A stretch of DNA of 64,000 bases from the human T2T-CHM13v2.0 reference genome, Homo sapiens: NCBI RefSeq assembly GCF_009914755.1, contig NC_060931.1. One strand, given 5' to 3'. The translations under genes and the position numbers were made by a program. How positions within the stretch are numbered: position 1 is the first letter of the stretch; every line of letters starts with the position of its first letter. Of the stretch, positions 1-15,055 are shown one piece after another. The notes below the pieces were generated by a model. That model searched no databases and was not told the DNA's origin. It was given only the letters and a program-made list of their open reading frames with translations.

Positions 1-654
1 TCATTTTTATATACCTAGACCTAGCACTATGGCTCATTACATAGACACTTCATGTACTCAACCAGTATTTTAAACTCCTGAATATTTAAAATTTCTTTCT
101 CCCTTTGATTCTTACAATGCTTCCTCCTAAAAATGATGATGGTAATAATAATATTTTATTTGCATTTTAAGAAAGGAAAACATTTGTACTGACCCTCATT
201 CTGTCAGTCATCCAGTAATTTTTAATTCACATATTTTGCCTTTAGAATTTTAAGGCTGTCACATCCATCTTCTCTACTTCTCTACAGAACCTAACTTCCT
301 CTTCTGAAAAGAAATTACAGAACCCTAACCAAATTCCATGTATTATTTTCTTAAAATGTCTGTTCCTCAAATCAGATGGTAGTTTAAAGTTTAATGTGCT
401 GGAAAGAAAACTACAGTATTAATTCCTTAGCATCACCCTCAGAGCATACTTCTCTACTTGGATTGTGTTGGTGTCTATGTGTTATCCCACATATATTCAC
501 ATATTTCTGTCCCCTGTTGTAGTATGTGTACATGGTTATGTTGCTCACCTTAAGCCCAATGTATCTTGCCACCTCATATGGTTAGCTCCTCAAAGGCAGG
601 GCCCACCCACATTTCTCCTGCTCTACACCAGAACAAATATATAGAATGCTATGA

Positions 655-978
<324 letters not shown>

Positions 979-1107
979 TAAGCCCTTGTCTAATCACTGG
1001 TTATGAAAGCCTCAATACCAGATAATTTCCCTTCCATATTTTTTAAAATCAGCTTGAGATATTCTTTGTATACAATAAAAATTGTCCATTTAAAATGTAG
1101 AATTCAG

Positions 1108-1470
<363 letters not shown>

Positions 1471-1940
1471 TCAAGATCTAGAACATTTCCATAGACATGT
1501 TACAGAAAAAGTTCTGTCATGTCCCATTGCAGTTAGTCCTTTTTCTCCTCCCATTCTCTGTGATAATGCAACAGATCTACTTTCTATCATAAAATGCCTT
1601 TTCTAGACTTTTATTAAGAGGAATCATATAGTATATAGTTTTATATCTGAATTATTTTACTTTCCATAATGCTTTTAAGATTCATTCATGTTATTGTATG
1701 TATCAGTAATTTGTTTCTTTTTATGACTTAGTAGTAGTCCCTTGTATGGATATACCACAGTTTGTTTTCCATTCATTTTTTGAGTAAATGTTTAACAGTG
1801 GGGTAGTTGGGTCAGATGGTGTGTGTGTGTAATTTTACAAGATACCATTTTTCCAAAGTGGTTATACCATTTAAATTCCAGCAATGTATACGATGAGTTC
1901 TAGTTGTTTCACATCCTAGCAAGCACTTGTTATCATCAGT

Positions 1941-2256
<316 letters not shown>

Positions 2257-2391
2257 TATCATCAGTCTTTTTAAACTTAGCCATTCAAATGAGTATGAAG
2301 TGGTATCTCACTATTGTTTTTATTTGCATTTCCATAATAAGGTTGAGTGTCTTTCTATGTGCTCATTTTCCATTAGAGTACATTCTTCTGA

Positions 2392-2745
<354 letters not shown>

Positions 2746-2959
2746 TTAGTTTTAGTTATGAGAGTTACTTATATAAACTGGATACAAATTCTTTATCAGA
2801 TATACATTTTACAGATATTTTCTGTTAGTCTGTGGCTTGCCTTTTTATTTTCTTAGAGGTGTCTTTCAAAGCAGAAGCTTTAAATTTTGATTAAGTCAAA
2901 TTTGCAACTTTTTCTTAAATGGTTTGTGCTTTTAGTGTCTTATCTAAGAAATCTGTCTA

Positions 2960-3254
2960 GGACTAGCACAGTGTCTCACACCTGTAATTCCAGCACTGTG
3001 GGAAGCCAAGGCGGGAGGATCACTTGAGGCAAGGAGTATGAGACCAGACTGGGCAACATGGCGAGACTCCATCTCTACAAAAAATAAAAAAAAATAGCCG
3101 GGCATGGTGGCACGTGCCATAGTCCCCACTACTTGGAAGGCTGTGGTGGGAGGATCACTTGAGCTCAGGAGTTTGATACTGCAGTGAGCTGTGTTTGTGC
3201 CACTGCATTCCAACCTGGGCTACAGAGCGAGACCCTGTTTCAAAAGAAATGAAA
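2960..3254 (+). mobile_element. AluJ-type SINE
   Basis: Diverged dimer; TSD aagaaatct(g/a)tcta at 2946 and 3255. Confidence 0.9.
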
Positions 3255-3271
3255 AAGAAATCTATCTAATC

Positions 3272-3485
3272 CAGTGCCTCAGCCTGGGGTAATCCCTCTG
3301 TCTGCCAAGGGACATTTGGCAATGTCTGAAGACATTGTTGATGGTTATAACTGGGAGAATGCTATTGGCATCTAGTGGGTAGAGGCCAGGGATGCTGCCA
3401 AATACCCTGCAGGGTACAGGATAGTCCCCCAGAACCAACACTATCCACCCCAAAATGGCAACAGTGCCAAGGTTAAGAAATTCTG
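3272..3485 (+). mobile_element. MER20 (hAT-Charlie) DNA transposon relic
   Basis: gggacatttggcaatgtctg...ggcatctagtgggtagaggccagggatgctgc matches the recalled MER20 consensus. Confidence 0.85.
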
Positions 3486-3656
3486 GTTTAACTCAATGTG
3501 GCAGATATTTTTTCTTAGAAGGGTTATGGTTTTAATTCTTACATTGAAGTCTGCAATCCAATTTGAGTTAATTTTTGTGTACAGTGTGAGGTGAAGGTCA
3601 GAGTTCATTTTTAAATATGAATATCCAGATTTTTCAGCACCATGTGTTGAAAAGAC

Positions 3657-3693
3657 TGTTTTGTTTTGTTTTGTTTTGTTTTGTTTTGTTTTT
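3657..3693 (+). repeat. (TTTTG)n microsatellite
   Basis: Read directly. Confidence 0.9.
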
Positions 3694-5459
3694 CCTGGAG
3701 AACTACCTTGGCACCTTTGTCAAGTATCAACTGACCGTATATGTGTGGGTCTACACCTAGATTCTCTGTTCTGTTCCACTGATCTAAATGTCTGTCCTTA
3801 CATCAATACCACACATTCTTGATTATGTTTAAATAACAAAGCACTTCATATACGTGTGCTTATACAGGCAACAGTATACTTCCATTAACCCCCGCATCCT
3901 TTGCATTATTTTTATTATGATTTCAACTTCTATATATGTTATAAATGGCACAATAAGTTACTATTTTTGCCCTAAACAGTTAAAAAATAGACTTAACAGA
4001 CTTAATAGATGAAATAATTTTTAACTATTCACCTACATATTTACCATTTTTGGTACTCTTTATTGCCTTATATCGGTCCACATTTCCTTGAGCTTCTAAC
4101 ATCTTTTCTACTGCAAGTTTGCTGACAATAAATTCTTTCAGCTTTTGTTTATCTGAAACACTTTTTATTCTGCTTTCATTTTTGAAAAATATTTTCCCTG
4201 AATATGGAATTCTAGATTGACTGGTTTTTTTCTTGCAGTAACATTTTTTTCTGGCTTGCATATTTTCTGATGATGAGTCTTATCTTTGATTGTGTCTGCA
4301 TAATACGTCTTTTTCCCCAGGCTGTTTTTAAGATTCTTTTTTATTTCTGGTTTTCAGCAATTTGATTATGATGTACCCTGGTATGGGTTTCCTTTGTGTT
4401 TAGGCTGCTGGAGTCTATGGAGCTCCTTGAATTTGTGAGTTTATAGTCTATCAAATTTGGAAATTTTTCAACCAATTTTTTATGTTGCCTCTTTTCTCTC
4501 CTCTCTGAGACTTCAGTTACAGTAATTTAGACTGCTGGACTCTGGGCTCAGTCTGGATTTCCTTCCTCTGTGCTGTAGCCTAGAAACAGCCCCCAGGCAG
4601 TAATCTGGGGCAATTACAGGGCTCACTTCATTTGTCTTCCTTTTCTTGGGGATCACGGACCTACACTGCCTGTTCAATGTCTGAAAAGAGTTTTATATAT
4701 TTTGCATAGTTTTCTAGTTGTTTATGGCAGGACGGCAACTCCCGTAGCAGCGAAGCCACATGAGAAGATGAGGAAGTTCTTCCCCTGAATGTTTAATTTT
4801 ATATACAATTACCAGCAAACTGGCCCTATAGTAAAAGCACACACTATCCACTGTCCATTATTTAAAGATTGGTAGGAATTATGACATATTAATACAGTTT
4901 CAAATTGTGTTTGCTTCTTTAAATGACTACATCACAATTTTGATCTGTGGTGAACTCACCTTTGCCTGAAACACCTACCTTTTTTATGTTTAAGTGAGTA
5001 ACTGCCAAGCCACATTTCCCCTGCCTTGAATTTATTTAGATGTATGAGGTTTAGGGGGAGGGCGTGTTGTACCTAAATGCCAGATTTTCCATTTATTTCT
5101 GTTAAATTTCATCTGCTTAGATGTAGCCTATTGCATCTGATTCTGCAATAATAGTTTTTTTGACATTGTGGTAGCATTAGAATTCTTTTTTCAAATTAAA
5201 TCTCAGAAGGCGGACAAATATAATAGCCAGGTTGCTGTCTATTAAAGAGGATGTGGGAGTGTCAGAGCTCTGTGTGCGTGGGGAGGGTGAGATCTGCCAT
5301 ACCTCTTAGGCACTTCCAAAGACTCTTGTGGTTCTTTGGAGCACAGTTTGAGAGGCACTGGTTTAAGAGTTGTGAATTCGCTCTCACATGGCATTTCCAG
5401 ATTTGCTCAAAACAACTTCTGTATTTTTACCCAAATATTGAAAATCATTCTCCAACTAG

Positions 5460-5720
<261 letters not shown>

Positions 5721-6710
5721 TAATTTTAAGATTGTTTTCAATTATCTGAAAACAATTCTATATTACATCAAAAACATGCTTTCTCCTACTGGCTCTATTC
5801 CCACTCTCTTCTTTCAAGTGATGAATTGTGATCAAATATTACATCATAGAGAGTTTTCACTTGGGGAATTTGGCTGCAGACTATTAGATATGCAATCTAA
5901 TGAGCATTATGGTTCTGTCCAAGTTGCATATCTAACACTCCCAAGTAGCCAGATATACCTCCCTCACCTAATGTCTTTTTTATACACCCCATTCTAAGCT
6001 TGATAACATAGAAAATAGCCATATTTATCCCCAGCACTCACTTCATTCCTGCCCATAGACATGTCTGCACATCTCTAGGCACTCTTTTAGATACATCTCC
6101 TCTGATGCACATAAACAAATCAAGCAAATGATTTTATGGGAAGGAGAAAGATGAACAAGTAGGTCACCACAGAAATCCTGCAGGTAAGTGACAAGAGTGA
6201 AGTACTGTTAGGGCAGAAGGTGAATGGTCAATATATCAGTGCTAATTATTTTCATATTTTCTAACATTTCTAGATAAACTTTAGCTTCACAAGTCTGTAA
6301 AGTAATATTCTCCAGATTCTAGTTGGTCAGTGTTGTAGAGGTAATAATTTCTAATACTTAATATGGTTTATTTGAAGTAGACAAATTACATTGATTTCAA
6401 GGTAGCCTATTTAAAACTGGTCATGTTTCCAATTGTAAGTTTCTGTTTTTACTTATTTCTAATATAGAAACAGGAATACCTTTGCTTTGCCTTTGCTTTG
6501 CTTTCAAGAATGATCTATGTTTTGTCCAGGAGGTATTTTAGAAAAGAAAAAGAGAAATCCTTCAAACTTTTTGCAAGTTTATTAAATTTCAAATAAATCT
6601 GTAGAATATTTTGAATTGTTTGAAGATGGACACTTTAAAAACACAAAAATTACCCTGTTGGTCCTCTCATTTTGAGTGAAAGTTTGCCTTTGCCCTTTAT
6701 GTACTTTGTG

Positions 6711-7277
6711 GTTTTGTTTTTTTTTAATTTTTTTAAGATGAGGCCTTGCTTTATCGCCCAGGTTGGAATACAGTGGCACGATCACAGCCCACTGCAGCCT
6801 CAAACTCCTAGGCTCAAGCAATCCTCCTGCCTTAGCCTCTGAAGTAACTAGGACTATAGGTGTGCACCACCATACCTGGCAAATTATATTTTTTGTAGAG
6901 ATGGGGTCTTGCCATGTTACCCACGCTGGCCTCAAACTCCTTGGCTCAATGAATCCTCCCACCTCAGCCTCCCACACAACTTTCACAGTCTTCTCCTTTT
7001 CTTTCCCTTCCTCATAAGAAAACCAACAGTGTGGACCTGGAAAATAGCTCTCTGGTCAAAAAAAACCTCTCTGCCCTTCACTCAACAAAAACATAGCCTT
7101 TCCTTCTCTGGGCCAGGCACTAGCCCACAATCTCCATTAGACTCTTCATCCTTCTATAGGAATGATCAAGATTGTGAAAGACACCATGACAATTGCCAAA
7201 ATTGCTGGGATTCTAGGCACGAGCCAGTTAATCGCCAAAATTGCTGGGATTCTAGGTGTGAGCCATCATGCCCAGCC
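6711..7277 (-). mobile_element. AluJ-type SINE split by a templated insertion
   Basis: Alu sequence to 6974, resuming at about 7204; TSD tactttgt at 6702-6709 and 7278-7285. Confidence 0.9.
6970..7203 (+). pseudogene. Duplicated fragment of PIK3CG intron 7/exon 8 (copy of 8868-9115) embedded in an Alu
   Basis: Direct alignment by eye; 7160-7203 matches exon 8 nt 9072-9115 at 41/44. Confidence 0.95.
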
Positions 7278-7299
7278 TACTTTGTTTATTTGTTGGGGC

Positions 7300-7440
7300 A
7301 CATAGTTTGGCAGCTAAGGGCAAGTTATTTAAGCTCTTTAAGGCTTTGTTCCTTCACCTGTAGAATGGGAATAATAATCCTATCCACATTATAGGGCAAT
7401 GCAAGGATCACACATAAAGCAGCAATCAGTATATATTCGC
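7300..7440 (+). mobile_element. MIR fragment
   Basis: gggcaagttatttaa...ttccttcacctgtagaatgggaataataat MIR core. Confidence 0.65.
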
Positions 7441-7577
7441 TATCATTATCATCATTGTAGTTACTGCTGCTTTGGTTATTGCCTTTGATAAATATGTGTA
7501 AGGATGTTAGAGTTTTGTGGTAAAATAGACACAAGTAAAGCAGAACATTTGAACAGAGAGGTGATGAACCACAGCTA

Positions 7578-8078
<501 letters not shown>

Positions 8079-8130
8079 CTATTTTTAAGGGAGAAGAAAA
8101 ATATATTAAGTTAATATATATATAATATAA

Positions 8131-8250
<120 letters not shown>

Positions 8251-8932
8251 TAGTTACCTCAGGAGATGAATAGACCTCTCAGCTCGTTTGAAAAGATTAT
8301 AATTCCTTCAGTGTAGACATTTAATAACTGAAAAATCATAATCTTAATCTGTATAAAAAGGAAGAAAACATTTCTATGCTGGTGAATGTGACTCTCAATT
8401 TAATGTGGATATATTGAAAATACATGAATGCATGATTCAAATCCCTGTGACTATACATGGAAATGATTTTAGTAAGAACTTGTTCCCTCCTCTTTCCTTC
8501 TCCATCTCTAAACTTTAACTCATTTCATTACACATTAAACTTTTCTCTCACAAAAAACATTTAAAAATAGATGGAAAGATCTGTCACTTATTTTAGTATT
8601 CCAGAATTCACATTATCAAAGCTATTACACACTCTACTATCAGGTATTTTTATAGACATTCAGCATTAGTTTCAGTCAAACATATGTTTATTCAAGTTTC
8701 TGATCTGAGAACTCTACAAAACCATTTACATTTAACCCTGTAATTTAAAAAAGGAAAAGGCACAGATTGCCATCTGAGGAAGGATATGCTCAGCATATAA
8801 ATGCTTTTATTTATTACTATTCAAAACCAGCCCTTTCCTCTTGTCATTCTGGGATATTGAAAACATATCCCACACAACTTCCATATCCTCCTTCTTTCCT
8901 TTCTATTCCTCATAAGAAAACCAATAGCATAG

Positions 8933-9226
<294 letters not shown>

Positions 9227-10193
9227 TAATGGCTCCTTACAAGTTGTCATTTATATAGCAGTAGTGGCTTCAAGTTTTCAGAGAATCTGCCAGTGTCTTG
9301 CCTCCTGACATATTAGTGAAGTTTTTTACTTGTGAAATAATGGAGGTTTTAAGTACCCTCCCGTGGTGACAGCATATCTGTGTGAAACAGAGGCACTCAG
9401 TTCAGGACTCCATGAGCATTTGCTTCTCTTTTGATTATCAGGCATACTTTGCTTAAAATTTGGTTCTGTAAAATAATCTGTTAGCACTTTTTATGGCTAT
9501 CTATTTTTGTTGTTCAGCCAAGATATTTAGTTACCATGTATAAACTCTTACGTACCTGGGAAATACAACATACACAACAAAGTAATTTATAATTTACTGC
9601 TGAACTCTAATCTAAATGGTAAATCATGGATGCTGAAAATGTCACTTCCACCATTCCTTGGAAGTGCATATGCTCAATCCTTCACAAGCTGTGTTTTAGC
9701 TGTTTGGCTGTCGTTTAAAGTTCTGCTGCACAGGATTAGCACTTCTCATTTGCATGGTTAGCAGCCTTTTGGGGAGGAAATATAATGAGTAGCACTTATT
9801 AATCTGTTATACATGGGGATCTGTGAACCCAAGCATACTCTTAGTGGTCACAAGCAAAACATGTTCACAAATGAAGGAGAAATTACCATGGGTTCTATAT
9901 AGTTGTTGGCAAGTGATGCATGGAGAGGAAGTGAACCCTTTGATTAAATTACTGTTGCCCTTTGACTCTTGTTTCTTCCTCATGCCATTGTGATTCACTG
10001 AATCTTCACCTAAAATATAAGCAGAGCAATGAGAAAGTTGGCAATTCATAGATATAATGCTAATGAAATCAGGCACAACTAACTTGCTCTCTGAAAATGG
10101 TTTCCAGAATATTCTCTTTTTAGAAGTCATTTGTAGATTCATGATGCTTTTTGTAGTTAGAAGACAACTAATATTCAAATGCATTTTAATTAG

Positions 10194-10316
<123 letters not shown>

Positions 10317-10329
10317 TAGTGCAGAATAA

Positions 10330-10530
10330 ACTTTTATTGTGGTAAAATATATATAACATAACATTTACTATTTTAACTCTAATTAACTGTAAGTGTTCAG
10401 TTCAGTGGCATTACATATGTTCACCTTGTTGTACAACCATCATCACCATTCATCCCCAGAATTTTTCCATCTTCCCCAGCTGAAACTCTGTACCCATTAA
10501 ACACTAACTCCCCATGCCTCCCTCCTTTCA
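10330..10530 (-). mobile_element. L1MB-type 3'-end fragment
   Basis: Typical antisense L1M 3' UTR text (gttcagtggcatta...aaactctgtacccattaaacactaactcccca). Confidence 0.7.
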
Positions 10531-10620
10531 GAACGGAGTAGTCTTTAAATGGAGTTTAAGACTGGAGCACATATTTAGAAGTCATTGTGTAGGGACACTG
10601 GTGCTTCAGTTACTCTAGAG

Positions 10621-11204
10621 CAGTGGCCCCCAACCTCTTTGGCACCAAGGACCGGCTTCTTGGAAGACACCTTTTCCACGGACAGGGGTGGGGGAGCAAG
10701 GATGGTTTCAGGATCATTCAAGAGCATTACGTTTATTGCACACTTTTTTTTCAACTCACTTGCCACTATAAAGCCTGCCACCAGATGCAGCTCAATTTTC
10801 ACTTGCCACTCACTGAGAGGGTTTTGATATGTAAGGAATTGATTTATTATGGTCTCTGTGCAGTGAAACCTCTCTGCTAATGTTAATCTGTATTTACAGC
10901 CACTGCCCAGTGCTAGCATCACCACCTCAGCTCCACCTCAGATCATCAGGCATTAGATTCTCATAAGGGGTGCACAGTCTAGATCTTTCTCGTGCACAGT
11001 TCACAATAGGGTTTGTGTTCCTATGAGAATCTAATGCTGCAACTGATCTGACAGGAGGTGGAGCTCAGGCAGTAATTCAGGCAATGGGGAGCAGCTGTAA
11101 ATACAGATGAAGTTGCTCACTTGCCCATCGCTCACCTCCTGCTGTGTGGCCCAGTTCCTAACAGGCCATGGACCTGTCCATGGCCCAGGGGTTGGGGACC
11201 TCTG
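10621..11204 (+). mobile_element. MER1A-type (hAT-Charlie) element
   Basis: Terminal inverted repeats cagtggcccccaacc / ggttggggacctctg; perfect 8-bp TSD ctctagag at 10613 and 11205. Confidence 0.9.
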
Positions 11205-11711
11205 CTCTAGAGAGACCACCTCACTTGAGGACTAAGGTGTGAGTGAAGGAGGAAGAGGCAGGAAATGAGTCTTAAGAAGGCAAAGTTAGAGGGACCGCTG
11301 GAAAACTAGGAGAGGGTCATATCCCAGAAGCTGGCGAAGGTGGGAGTGATCACCAGTGACAGATGTTGCAGAGAAAGAACAGAAAGAACTCATAGATATC
11401 CTTAAATCTCCCTAACCCACTCCACTTTAGTGGTTCACTGTCCACTCTGACAGTAGTCAGTAGTGGCCACCAAAGCATGAGATTTTTCTCTATGAATTTG
11501 GGCCATTTTAAGAGTAGAGTCTGGAAAAGGCATCAGATGGGGACAGATTGCTTACTTCCTATGAGAATTAAAAGAGATAATATATTTATGGACAATAGAA
11601 ATGATAAAGGGCTAAACAAATAAGATGATGATTATTGTGGTGGTGATAGTAGTAGTGGTAGAAATTGACCCAAAGGAGACTCAAAATGATTTGCTTCTAT
11701 CATGCTGCCCA

Positions 11712-11764
11712 AGTTTCTGAGATCAGATGAGCTTAGATACATTCAGGATGGTATGGCCGTAGAT
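11712..11764 (-). pseudogene. 5S rRNA pseudogene fragment (5' ~53 nt)
   Basis: Reverse complement atctacggccataccatcctgaatgtatctaagctcatctgatctcagaaact versus human 5S gtctacggccataccaccctgaacgcgcccgatctcgtctgatctcggaagct. Confidence 0.85.
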
Positions 11765-12172
11765 GGCTACTCAAAAGGAAAAGGTGAATAACCCCTGCCC
11801 CCAAGCAGAGTGAAACATCAGTCTATCCTGAGTTGCGTAAAGAGCATAAGAGAGTCTTAGGGATAATGATGACATAGTGGCCAGAGAGTTTGATTTATGT
11901 TTCTAAGAATAATTTTGAGATGAGAATCTTATAGTGGCATCTGGCTGTCATCTAAAGAACACCAGAAGGATATCAAAAACATACTTGGTTCAAAGAATGT
12001 TTTGTGGCTACGACTTTCACACACCTGCTAAGACGAAAAATATCACAAACTGACAAACATTGTAAAAAATGCTTTCAACACAAGATAGCTCATTTTTAGG
12101 CAACTCAAAGAAATATTTTAAGGAACAAAGTGCTGTGCCACTGTAATGATGTCAGATACTTTCTTCTCTTAA

Positions 12173-12541
<369 letters not shown>

Positions 12542-12940
12542 TAAAACCAAACAGAAGTAGAAATATTTCATAAGCAGTGGGATGGGCAAATGTGGAACAC
12601 CAGGATGATGCTGGCACTAAAGAGGGCTTTCAGGAAGGGTGTCTGCTGAGCAGGTTAGCCACTAGATATTTGTCTATTCAAGACCTTAGCTAGAAGACTC
12701 AAATTTTACACATATTTTTCAGAACTCACAAAAGGTTGTGAGCTTCTCTTGGTTTTTGCTACAGGTGAATTCTCGATGTGCCAACTGGGCTTATCTCATT
12801 TTTATAAGGCAGAATACCCAATATTTCATTTGAAATCTTGTTGGTTTGACCACAAGTTCTACTAAGACCTCTAGCTTTTCCTGCTTACCTGTAAACAAGC
12901 TCCTACATGAGTCTGTCCATCTCCCTGAGAGTGTGTAGAT

Positions 12941-13137
12941 CAGGGGAGTCCAATCTTTTGGCTTCCCTGGGCCACATTGGAAGAATTGTCTTGGGCAACA
13001 CATAAAATACACTAGATAGCTGATGATCTAAAAAAAAAAATCACAAAAAAGCCTCACAGTGTTTTAAGAAAGTTTATGAATTTGTGTTGGGCCACATTAA
13101 AAGCCATCCTGGGCTACATTCGGGTTGGATGAGCTTG
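12941..13137 (+). mobile_element. MER30 (hAT-Charlie)
   Basis: caggggagtccaatcttttggcttccctgggccacattggaaga; 8-bp TSD g(t/c)gtagat. Confidence 0.88.
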
Positions 13138-13963
13138 GCGTAGATTCTACTGGCTTTCCATTCCTTCCTGGTCTGTATCCAGTTTTGACTATCAAATACT
13201 TCAAATACCAAAGAGAATTAAATACTGGCAAAATTAATAACTTAATGAACATAATTCATAACAGTTGTAACTACTACTGTAATATACCTATGTTATAGCA
13301 ATACAAACACAAAACAAAGACAAGGAATAATTACTTTTATGTACATTTGCCTTGGGTGCCCTTTAAATAGCCACCTCCCTTAGTACATCTTAAACATGAT
13401 TTGCTTTGCATTGCACATCTCAGACTTGCTCTCTTTTCCCTGAGTCTCTTCTTGAGTCCAAGGTTACCCTTGGGAGACGACATGACCCTTGAAGTTCAGT
13501 AGAACAGGAAGTAGGATACATTGTTTTGAAACCTGTCTGTTCTTGTTTGTTCTCCTGACTGATTTTCAATTTGGTGATTACAAGACTTACCCTCCCACAG
13601 TTCCAGTGGTGTTGTCAGAGAAACTGAGATCTCTGTGGCCAGATGGTCTTGTGATTTTTTAGTGTGTGTTTTTCTGCATAAACTCAATTGAGTTTCAGGC
13701 TATTTCCAGGGACTTGACACATTTCAGTCCTGTTTTTCTTTAAAGTTAAAAATCACATGTTTTGACAACTTCCTGGAACAGAGAAATGGTTCCAAAAAAA
13801 AAGAAAACCCTGGAAGAATTTCACCATTTAAAGGGGGGAAAACACTCATGTCTTCTCTCCTGTCAGCGGGGTTCATCTGTTTGTCTGTTTGCTTCGGACA
13901 AACAGAGCAGCAATGAACTGCAACTTAAAGATCAGACATACGCAAGGAATTTGGCCTCATTGA

Positions 13964-14278
<315 letters not shown>

Positions 14279-14804
14279 GACTCTCCTTCTTTTTGTATAT
14301 ATGTTATCTTCCTTTTTGCCAGTAATTTTTCCTAGAATGACTGCACATCTGTCCTGTTGCTGACAACATTCCCATAGACCCCCTGGTGCCCATATCACCC
14401 CGTCAGATCCCAGCAGTACTTCTCTTTTTTTGCTGTTGTTGCTATTTTTAAGTTTCAAAATATGCTTTCACAAAAAGGTTTGCAGTATAGGGAGGCCAAG
14501 GAGAGGTTTCTTCCCACTATCGGCATCTTCCACCCAAAGCAACAAACCTTTGCGGTGAGGCTTTGTGCAGTCTGTCCTCTCAGTCTGGAGTATTTCTCCA
14601 TCCTTAGTGACCAAAGTTTGTTTCTCAAGCCATTAAAACCTTTTTTACTAAAGCAACGTTTAGGCAGTGTGCTCCACTAAAAACACACTTTTGTACATTT
14701 GTTGTACTTGTGTGTGTCCGTGTTTTGGAGTACTGTTAAACATACGTGTTAAGCATACATGTTAAATGCCTGTGAATCTGTGCACGTTGAGCCTTAAGCA
14801 CACA

Positions 14805-15055
14805 TACAGCATAACAAGGTGGTTGAAAGGATGGGCTTTGTAGCGGAGAAACTTGAGTTTGAATGCTGGACCTGCGACTTAATAACCACATATATGATTA
14901 TTATTCATCCTTTCATAACATCAGTTTCTTCATCTGTAAAGTGGGAATAATAAGACCTACTTCCTGTGCTTTTTCTAGGGATTACTTAAATGAAATATTC
15001 AGAATGCTTAGCCCAGTGCCTAGATCATAGCAGAAAATCAATAAATGGTAGCCGC
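14805..15055 (+). mobile_element. MIR
   Basis: cagtttcttcatctgtaaagtgggaataataa core; tgcttagcccagtgcctag 3' part. Confidence 0.75.

Noticed and set aside
6909-7394. 161-aa ORF with a repeated NCQNCWDSR / NRQNCWDSR motif
   Set aside because: Translation artefact of the Alu, the insert and the tandem duplication; not in the exon 8 frame.
11164-11185. Hairpin ggccatggac-ct-gtccatggcc
   Set aside because: Lies in the subterminal palindrome that, as I recall, is native to MER1 elements.
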